In this document: positions 54,949 to 64,000 of the stretch, piece by piece
Numbering within the stretch: the first letter of the stretch is position 1
Layout: every line of letters begins with the position of its first letter
From: Narcine bancroftii
Lineage: Eukaryota
Direction of reading: 5' to 3'
Assembly: GCF_036971445.1 (NCBI RefSeq)
Contig: NC_091470.1
Location: forward strand, 155,558,001 to 155,622,000
Length of the DNA stretch: 64,000 nucleotides
Position numbers and translations under genes: made by a program
Notes under the pieces: model-generated
What the model was told of the DNA's origin: nothing
The model's database searches: none
Seen by the model: the letters and a program-made list of their open reading frames with translations, nothing else

Positions 54949-57900
54949 GTAAAGCAGAAAGCCGTACCTCCGGGACGGTCGGGGAAGGGCCAACCGACTG
55001 GCTGAGCCCCAGCTTTGGGCCTCGGGCTTTGCCCCCTGTCCGGGGCCGAACCAACGGCCGCTGGCCACAGAGTCGATTTGTGTTTCTAACTGGGTATTTG
55101 AGGCAAGCGCCAGGAAGCAGACGTCCGCCCGTCCCGCGGACTAACCCGACTGCCCGGAACTTTCTAGAATGGGATGGAAACGAGGGGAGGCGCCGCGGTG
55201 TTCTATAAACCGCACCCCCATCGCGGAGAATAGGTTTCGTGCCTTCCTTTTCATCACTGAACTTGTATTTTAACAGTGTCGTCGATATAACCCAGGCCTA
55301 CGATTAATGGTAAAATCCTGGGAGTGACAGATTAGTTTTGACGAAGGTCAGAAAGTTGGGGGGGGGGGGTGGTGGTTAAGTAAGGGATTCCTGGGACCAG
55401 AATGGTTTGTCGAGGCTGCCAATAGTCAGAAAGCTGGACTACACGGAAGAAGGTAGTCTGGGAAACGTGCACTCGGATGGAGCAATTCCGATCTTATTGC
55501 ATTTCGCCATCCTATCAACTCCCTTTCCCAATTTCTGCACTTTGGGTCACCTTTCATGATCTAAATTGTCGACATGCCAAATGAAAGGTCTTGTTTGTAA
55601 TTTAGACGCCTGGTATTCAGGTCAACCTGCAGTTTCCTTTCTAGGGTCATGTTTCTGAAGGTCCCACAAAATCTGCATCTCTTTTTCTAATGTTTGAACC
55701 TGGAAATGCGCAGTGGAGCACAATGGAGAGAGAAATGGTTTTCATTATTTTGGTCAATAATCCCATCAGAAGAAGTTGAATATTACTGAGAATAGGAGGA
55801 GAGTCAGAACGAAGAGGATCGTTTATGCAAGGTAGGGGACCCTGGGAGATTTGTCTTTCACACTGCCCCATTCATTTTCTCCAGATTCAATTCTAGTATT
55901 TGAAGGATCTAGATAAAAGGAAAGAATGTTAAGGGATTCTGGGGACATTAGGGGGAAGTGGCTCCAAACATAATCTGCCGCAGAATCTGAGCAGCCTCAG
56001 TGGGAGAAAAAAGATTGGTTGATGCTTTGAGTGAAAACCTGAAAGTCCTGATGAAGGGTTTCAGTCCAAATGTTGACCTTTTTTGTTCCCCCATTTGTAC
56101 TGCTCGACCATAACCATATAACCGTTTACAGCACGGAAACAGGCCCTGCTGAGTTTCAGCAGATTGCATTTAATTTCAGGTTCCAGCATCTACAGTTTCT
56201 TGGGAAGTTAGTCCTGCTAGATTGCTCTTGCTTAAAGAGTTACAGAGTCAACAGTCTTGGGCTGTAACAATTCAGTGATTTTTGTTAAGAACTTTAATGT
56301 AGATCCCCTGAGAACACCCAAGATTACATCTTTTCTGTCATTGTTTCTCTTTATCCCCATTTTTCTTCACATTTTTGATCACTTATTTCTAATTTAGCAA
56401 GATCTGGTTTTGTTTTATATAGAAAAGTTTTTGTGTTTCAAGACCAAAGAGCAGTACCATCATATAATTGCTTTCATTTTACTGAAAATGCTTATTCTTC
56501 CTTCTGAAAGTGTTTATATTTTAGATGGTCTGTCTCTGTTTATTTAATTGGCCTGTTCATTTGGTGCAATTTATTCAACCAACATTTATATTTAAAAAAA
56601 TATGGCTTTTGAGGTGCAAGAGCTTTCAGCATTGGGATATGTTCCAAGATAGTCTACCATCATATAATCATTGAAAATAAAAGAATTGCATATCAAGTAA
56701 AAACACAATGCTGGAGTTGACTGTACTTTATATAGTAAAGACACATAACCATCATTTCAGGCTTGAGCCCTTCCAGGTACTGTAGATCAGTCCATAACAC
56801 TCGACAATAAATTTCTTTAAAATGTTTTGCTTCCTGATAAAGGTGATTATGATAGACAACTTCAAGCTGAATACAAAGATAATTTCAGATTTGTTGTATC
56901 CCGTAAAAGCTTGAAGAAGCATTAAATTAACTTTTATTGAATTTAGCATGTGAATTGACTTTGAGTTCTTCTGATCCAAACTCACAGGTTGACTGCATGT
57001 TGCACAACAAATGTGAGGAGCCCAGGGTTTGTTTTGGTCACCAATTTTACAACAGAAGTATACCTCGTAGGCTTTTTTTTAAAAATAAGTGTAGTCATGC
57101 TGCGTCTATGAGCCTTAAGTGAATACTTCCCAGTGAATACAGAATGTATCTCAGCTGTTGGCAGCATTGATGAAACAGTTCCCCTGTATTGAATCTTCCT
57201 GAAGACAATAAATGCTATTGTTCAGTACCCACACTATTCTGTAGTCTGAAGAACATCTGTATTAACATGCATTCAATCTATATCAATGACATGCACATCA
57301 ACTGTATGTGTGACCTGCTTTTATAGCCTGTCTTCATCTATCATGTCTAAGTATGCTGAGGCCTAAGACAACACTTGCACTGAGAACGTGCCCAGGCATG
57401 CTTGGACCGGGGCTTAAAATATGACAGGAAATCACAAAAAAATTGGTTATATCTGAAAAAAGTACACAATAGAAAAATTACAAGATGATTTTTGTGATCA
57501 ACTGCCAGAAAATCCATAAAATACACCCAAAAGTGTACAAGAAGAAAAATCTTTGTTGTCTAGTGTAATCAGATCCTTGCATGTATGAACCAAGTGTGCC
57601 TTGGTATTGTTTGGAGATTTTTGTGTGAGTGCAAAAAAAGTATTTTGTATAATTCCCAAACATAATTTCTTTGATTATTGACGTTAGATGAACTGCAAAG
57701 GTACCCAAAATATTGAGAGGCAGAGAGCTGCAGGATTTTTACTTTTTGTTGCTAAAAGGGCACTAAAATGTGGCTGGTGATGGGGTTCCCATATGCCTGG
57801 TTCCTGTGGAACTAGGAACCATTCTCAATGAGGGCCCTACATCCTTTCTGGGGGCCACAGCACATTAAAGTAAAAACTTCATTTTCTTATCACTGCACAT

Positions 57901-60900
57901 AACATAAATAAGCTGTACTTTATGTAGTTGGTAGGAGAGAAGTACAGAAGAAACCAAAACTTTACTACTTTGCAGGGGAGGGGGCCCATAAGCTTTGAGC
58001 AGATTCCTGAGTTTGGGGTGGGGGGGGGGGGGTAGGGTCATATTGCGGAAAAAAGGTTGAGAATTGTTGCTCTAGACTGCTTGAAGTCACAACATTTGTG
58101 TCAAGATTCTAGTCCTTGCTTACCATGTCTGTTATGTGGGATTTGGTGATGGAAATGCTATCAGGGTGAGATGATCACTTTTTTGTGTTGAAAATGGCAC
58201 TTGTGACTGTGACTTCTTAATGTGACAAGTCCGAATAATGTTCAGGCTTTGGTTTGTAGAAACTGATAAATTTCTGGATGCGCCTAAAATAGAAATGAGG
58301 ATTCTATCAGTATATTCATTTCTGACCTTGTGATTCATTAATGAATCAGCTGAAGATGGATTTGAGGAGCAAAATTTTTGAGCTACATTGGGTATAATTC
58401 CAATCAGTGGAGAGTTTTCATGGTTTGGATTGTGGAGGAGAACTGATGTGTCAGCTGAGGGGAGAGTTATGGAAGTTTGATTGGATGCCAAGAGATTTTA
58501 TAGGATCTTATGAAATCAATGCTGATGACTCTACTGGCCACTTCTCCATCAATCTGTATGCTGTAACGCTGCCACCTCCAGCGTGTTTGCATTACAATGG
58601 TTCAGTACATATTTGAATGACTGTGATGGAGGAACTGGTTTATTTTTAATAATAAATACTTTTATCCAAGGACAATGCTACCTTAAATTAAGACACAAAA
58701 GTTTGGAGACACCGTGGTTGAAGTAAAAATTGCAGTGCTGGAGAAGTTCAGCTGGTGAAACAGTGTACTTTATGTAGCAAAGATAAGGAAACATAACCAA
58801 CGTTTCGGGCTTGAGCCCTTCAAGGTATCATCGTACCTTTGTAATAAGCAAAACAGTTGATCTTTCATCAGAATCTGCTGAGTGTCTCATTTTCATGTGC
58901 TGGAAATCTAGAGTAAGAAAAGTAAGCTGTCTTCTGTGAAAACATGAGGAATATAAATATCCTGAAGTTGGATTTAAAGGCTTGTCCTTATTGTATTGCC
59001 TAGATTGTAACAGGAATTCATCTCTGGCCTAATCACTCCACACAAGATTCAGTGATATGAGATTTTGCTTCACAGCTGTCAGTGGAGATATAATAACAGA
59101 CTGGGATTGTTGGAAAATGTTTTGTTGTGCAATATTCTAGTCTAATAATTTTGAATACTGACAAGGGAAGTTACCCCTCATTTGCAATGATTTTAACAAA
59201 ATTGATGTGTGTACCCAATCAAATAAAATGGTTTAATTCAAAATATGAGTGGAGTTTCTGTTGATTTTCCTTAAGAGGAATTTTGCAGTTTATCAGACTG
59301 AGACTTCACTACCAATGTGATGCAGATACTAGTAGCATATGAGCTTCATCATCTTGCAGATTAGCCGGACAGTAGAAGTAAAGTTGGTTATTTTAGATGT
59401 TTCTTTACTCCACTAATTTTAGCACTATGGCACCAGTGAGGGCGGGAAAGTTCTCCCAGATATCCTAGAGCAGTGGTTTTCAGCCTTTTCTGCTCACGTG
59501 CCATTTTAAGCAATCTTTCACTAACCACAGAGCACCATAGCACAGGATGCCGTAGGTACTTTGTCGTTGGGAAGGGATTAAGGTGATATATGAGTGGAAA
59601 GAAAAGGTTGAGAACCACTGATCTGCATGATGCATTGCAGAAACTCACCAAGACTTCTTAAATAATATTTTCCATACCCATGACATTTGCTGACTTGAAG
59701 GATAAGGGTGACAAATGTATAAGAACACCCTCACCTGGAAGCCACGCACTGTTGTGACTTGGAAATATATTGCTATTCCATCACAATTGCTAGGTCAAAA
59801 CCCTGAAACTTTCCACCTAACAGCATTGTGGACATCCCACACCTCAAGGACTGCAATGGTTCAAGAAGGCAGATCTACACCACCTTCAGGATAAAAATGG
59901 GAAATTAAACGATAGCTCAGCTGGTGAAGCCCAAAATCCCTTAAATATCTAAATTTTATATAAAACTCTAAACTCGTTAAGAATACTGTTACCCTAAAAA
60001 AGCTTCTTCTCGACAGATCAGGAGCAAACCTTTCTTATTAGATCCAAAATAATCTTTCTCCTGTCTTTCCTTACATTTAGCACTGATCTAGGATGTCATG
60101 TCTTGTACTGTAAATTGTTCCCCACAACAGCTGAAGATACTGGATGGATTTCAGGAGCTTCATTGGATATAATTCCAATTAGTGGAGAGTTTTTATGGTT
60201 TGTATTGTGGAAGAGAACTGATATGACAGCTGATTCAACTGAATTTTGCAAAAGAACTATTATTTTCCCACTTTGTTTTTAGGTCTGCAAAGTATATTAC
60301 ATCTTTCCAAATTGAGTTTAAAATTCTTGCTTGGGGCGGCGGTTAGTGTAGCAGTTAGCCCAGTGCTGTTACAGTACCAGCGACTGGGGTTTGAAGCTGG
60401 CACTGTCTAAGTTATTTGTACATTCTCCCTGTGTCTGCATAGGTTTCCTCTGTGCCCTCCAGTTTCCTCCCACCTTTCAAAATGTGGTAAGTTAATTGGG
60501 TGTTATTGAGCAGCACAGGCTTGTGGGTCAAAAGGGCCTGTTACTATGCTGTATGTCTAAATTTAATTTAATGTTACTTGATAAAACTGTTGTATTTTGA
60601 TGTGGGAAGAAACAGTCTGAAAAACTACCTTTCAGGTTGCAGTCATTGAAGAGGAACTCACCAATGTTGACTGCCTGATACAAAAGCAAGTTCTTAACAA
60701 TAGTTAAATGAAAATTTAATTTCAGATCTTTGAATTGATTTAAATTCAGATGCTATAAAAACTTCAATCTCGCATTGTATTTTAAATTTCCACTTTTAGG
60801 TGACTACATTTATTTCCGAGGATACAAATGAATGTCCTTGTTTATGTAGGCACCTGCCATGCAATTGGTTATGGAGAGGTGATTCACTATCCTGCAGCTG

Positions 60901-63775
60901 CTCTTGTTGTTTATCTGATAGGAAATTAAGGGATCTACTGCTGATCTTTCCTTTGGCAGAAACAGAAGGAAAGTTGTACATTTCAACTTGATACCAGTGT
61001 TTCCTTTCTAAACATGTCAGGATTTTGAGACCATTTCTAGTGATGAACCGACCCTGGAGTTTTAACGTGACTTTTATGATCATCTGTATTTTCAGCAAGC
61101 TTGGGGATCTTAAACTCCAGCTTATTCCTTTCTCCATCAGCAGTAGAAATTTTCTTTAAATACTTGGAGATGCTTGCATAGTTCAAACCTTGGAAATGCT
61201 TGCACAGAATATGTAATACTATCCTTTAGTACCTCGAGAAGTCCCATTGTTCTTCCAGTTATTGGTCCATAAGGGGTCATTGATAGTATTCTTTTAGGAG
61301 TTGCTTATAACCTCATCAGCAGGATGCCCCAATCTCTGCTGGTACTGTACTTGCAATTGCTTTTGAACAACAGTTTGATTTGTACACAACCTGATGTCTG
61401 AGCTCTGAGTCTGTGTCAGATCTGACTCTAGCAGTCTGCATGGGTTCCTTGGTCAGAATCGATCTGAAAGGGAGCGCCTGTGCCCTGGCAGCCGTATGTG
61501 CAGCACGATTTTGTAATCAAAGGCCTCTACCTATCGAGTAAAATAGTCTTATTATCAGTTGATAAAGTTTACTGTTGGCTCTTAAGCAGGTAAAATCAAT
61601 TTGCATATTTTATCAAGGACCTCTTTGTAATGGTTTCTAATCTCTACCTTCTTTGCCCCTTCTGGATCATACTGTGCACCTATTAATTATTTCTGTCAAC
61701 GCATAATGTCAATTCCCTATCAAATGCCATGTCTTGCATTTTTCTGTGGTAATCTCCATGACCGATCCTCAGCAGATTTTGACTAAAAAAACTGGAGCTA
61801 TTCAGTCAATCCCTCTTGGTGCAGTGAGCTACAAACTACCCTAATTTCTATAATATGCTTGGATATTTGCATCCCTTTATCATGTTCACATGATGACTAT
61901 ACGAAGAACTCTATCCAAGCATAATCAAACTCATAATCAGCAAACTCCATGTGCTTCAAAGCCCCACTGTGTAATTTGATCCTGGATTTCCTCAGCTCAA
62001 AGCCAGAATCAGTGACGATTGGTAAGAACATCTCCATGATCTCTGTCAGTACCAAAGCACCACAAGGCTATGTTCTTAGTTCCCTGCTCTACTCATTTTA
62101 CACCTATGACTGTGTGGCTTGGTACAACAATAACACCATCTACAAATTTGCTGGTGTCATTGGTTGTTTCAAAGGGGGTGATGAATCAGCATACTGAAGG
62201 GAGATTGAAATCTTGACTGAATGGTGTACTAACAACCTTGGACACAGTCACCTAAACCAAGGAGTTGATTGTAGCCTCCAGATGGAGAAAACCAGAAGTG
62301 CATGATTGCAATGATCAGGGAATCAGAGATGGAGAGTATGAGTAAATTTAAACTCCTGGGAGTCACTCTTTCAGAGTACCCTTTCTGGATCCATCACAAG
62401 AATGTCATCATGAAGAAAGCACATTAACGTCTTTAATTTCTCAGGAATTTGTAGAGGTTTGATATGACATCATTTAGTGGAAAGTGTGCTGACCAGCGCA
62501 GCTGTATTATGACCTGGTATGGGGCTACCGATATGTCTGAGCGAAAACCCCTGCAAAAAGTAGTGGACACAGCCAAGTACATCACAGGCAAAACTCTCCC
62601 CACCATTGAGAAAATCTACATGGAATGGTGCCATTGGAGAGAAGCATGAATCACCACACCATCTAGGACATGCTTGATGTCCTTGCTGCTCCTATCAGGA
62701 AAGAGGTATACGTGTCACAAGACTTGTACCACCAAGTTGAGGAACAGTTGCTACTTCACCATCAGACTCCAAAACAACAAACCAATCAGAGACTCATTTA
62801 AGGACTCTTACTTTGAACATTATTTATGATTTAATGTTCTTTTTCTGTATTGCACAGTTCATTTGTACTTGTTTACATTTCTCTCTTTTGTACGTGAATC
62901 TTGTATGTTTTTTGCACTACAGATAAGTAAAATTTCTGCTTGGCTTGCAGGTAAAAGAATGTCACAATTGTATGTGATATCATGTATGCTGGCAATAAAT
63001 CTGAACTTTGAACACACTGAAAATTATTGAAAAGAAAGAATAACTGAACACCATGAATTTTCTTAACATTTCGTCATATACATCAATGGGTCTATAAACT
63101 TGAACTGGTTTGAATGTGAATACTTAATTTAACTGTGACGGAAAACAAGGGAAATAAATCCATTATATTTAGAATCAAAATTCTATGTAGATGTTTATTT
63201 TAGTAACAGATAACGGGTGGTTTTGCAGTTGATGATTCTGATCGTTGAGTAATGACCTTCTTCCAAATGTTGCCCAATAAATTTATCAGCTGTGGTGTCG
63301 CAAGGGAACTACTCCTCAATGGTCAGTTGATTTCTTCCCAACTTTCTCAGCTTCACATCTCATTATGTTCCTGATGCAGACAAGAGAATAGCCTTTTTAA
63401 ACTGTCCTTAATGCTGAGGATGCTCAGTAAAGCATTGTCGGAGGTTAAGGGGGGGGGGGCGGGGCGGAATTGGACAATCTGATGTCATCCACATCACATT
63501 AAATCCATTTGAACTGGTAGATTAATATTATTTCTCTTCACGGGTGCTGTTTGTCCTGATAAGTATCTAGTATTTTTATTTTTGAAACAACCTAAGTAAT
63601 CTTCTGCAACCTTTGGTTCGGTTAGTTTGTTCAACCAATAATTTTAAGGCTTCTGAGTGAGTTGTTTTGCATTTCAGTGAGAAAGAGATCCTGCATCATG
63701 ACAAACATTATGAACCATTCTACTCGTCATTTGTGGCTTTGTCTGCACATTACATCTCAACAGTCTGTGCACAAA
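54815..63775 (+). CDS. UBR4: E3 ubiquitin-protein ligase UBR4 (p600), 3'-partial; exons 54815-54948 and 63678-63775
   Basis: MALNSASALEPDPDWSAAVRPLLAASYSTFEPRDLAQLFSSVIN-SEKEILHHDKHYEPFYSSFVALSAHYISTVCAQ matches the UBR4 N-terminus; synteny with EMC1. Confidence 0.95.
58695..58830. repeat. Penelope-associated short interspersed repeat
   Basis: gtgctggagaagttcagc..aacagtgtactttatgtagcaaagataa..accaacgtttcgggcttgagcccttc. Confidence 0.65.
59471..59620. mobile_element. hAT-type MITE (150 bp)
   Basis: TIRs cagtggttttcagcctttt / aaaaggttgagaaccactg. Confidence 0.7.
60332..60572 (+). mobile_element. V-SINE
   Basis: ggggcggcggttagtgtagcagttagc..gtacattctccctgtgtctgcataggtttcctc..aagggcctgttactatgctgtatgtctaaattt. 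Confidence 0.8.
61905..63012 (+). mobile_element. Rex1/Babar-type LINE 3' fragment with intact tail
   Basis: PLCNLILDFL, APQGYVLSSLLYSFYTYDC, FKLLGVTL and LQKVVDTAKYITG motifs; 3' tail aataaatctgaactttgaa. Confidence 0.85.
63678..63775 (+). CDS. UBR4: UBR4 exon 2
   Basis: EKEILHHDKHYEPFYSSFVALSAHYISTVC; ttcag| ... |gtgagt. Confidence 0.95.
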
Positions 63776-64000
63776 GTGAGTATTAATGCACATACCTACT
63801 TTTGGTTAATATAAAAGTAAATTTAACAAAGAATTGTAATAATTGTCAGTGTGAGGAAAGCAGAATCCTTGTACAGTAAAACTCTGATTATGAAATAGGA
63901 TATCCAAAATCCTCATTAATATGAAATTTTTTCAGAGCCAAACTGACTGGGGACCTTGGGCTCCTGGCGCCGGCAGCAGCAAACCATGGGCTCCTGGCGC

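Noticed and set aside
54539-55208. Overlapping ORFs at the UBR4 5' end
   Set aside because: Stop-poor CpG-island sequence; the real coding frame is UBR4 exon 1 (54815-54948).

Overview
Eukaryotic (vertebrate) genomic DNA, most likely from a cartilaginous fish (inferred from the V-SINE, CR1, Rex1/Babar and Penelope repeat content). Four spliced genes lie in the same order and relative orientation as the human 1p36.13 block. They are an AKR7A-family aflatoxin aldehyde reductase (+, 7 coding exons, 5' start outside the window), MRTO4 (-, 8 exons, 234 aa, complete), EMC1 (+, 22 constitutive exons, 961 aa, complete, head-to-head with MRTO4) and the first two exons of UBR4 (+). All exons were traced by hand with GT-AG boundaries and consistent phases. 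Introns carry decayed Gypsy, L1/Tx1, CR1, Rex1/Babar, Penelope, V-SINE and MITE fragments plus two minisatellites. The most notable observations are: a candidate 9-nt neural-type microexon in EMC1; a U6 snRNA retrocopy fused to a V-SINE; hammerhead-ribozyme-like cores in a Penelope-linked repeat; a near-perfect 213-bp templated inversion inside a LINE; a SINE-born G-rich minisatellite beside the bidirectional promoter; and several local duplications. I found no convincing wholly new protein-coding system, and most ORFs in the supplied track are spurious.
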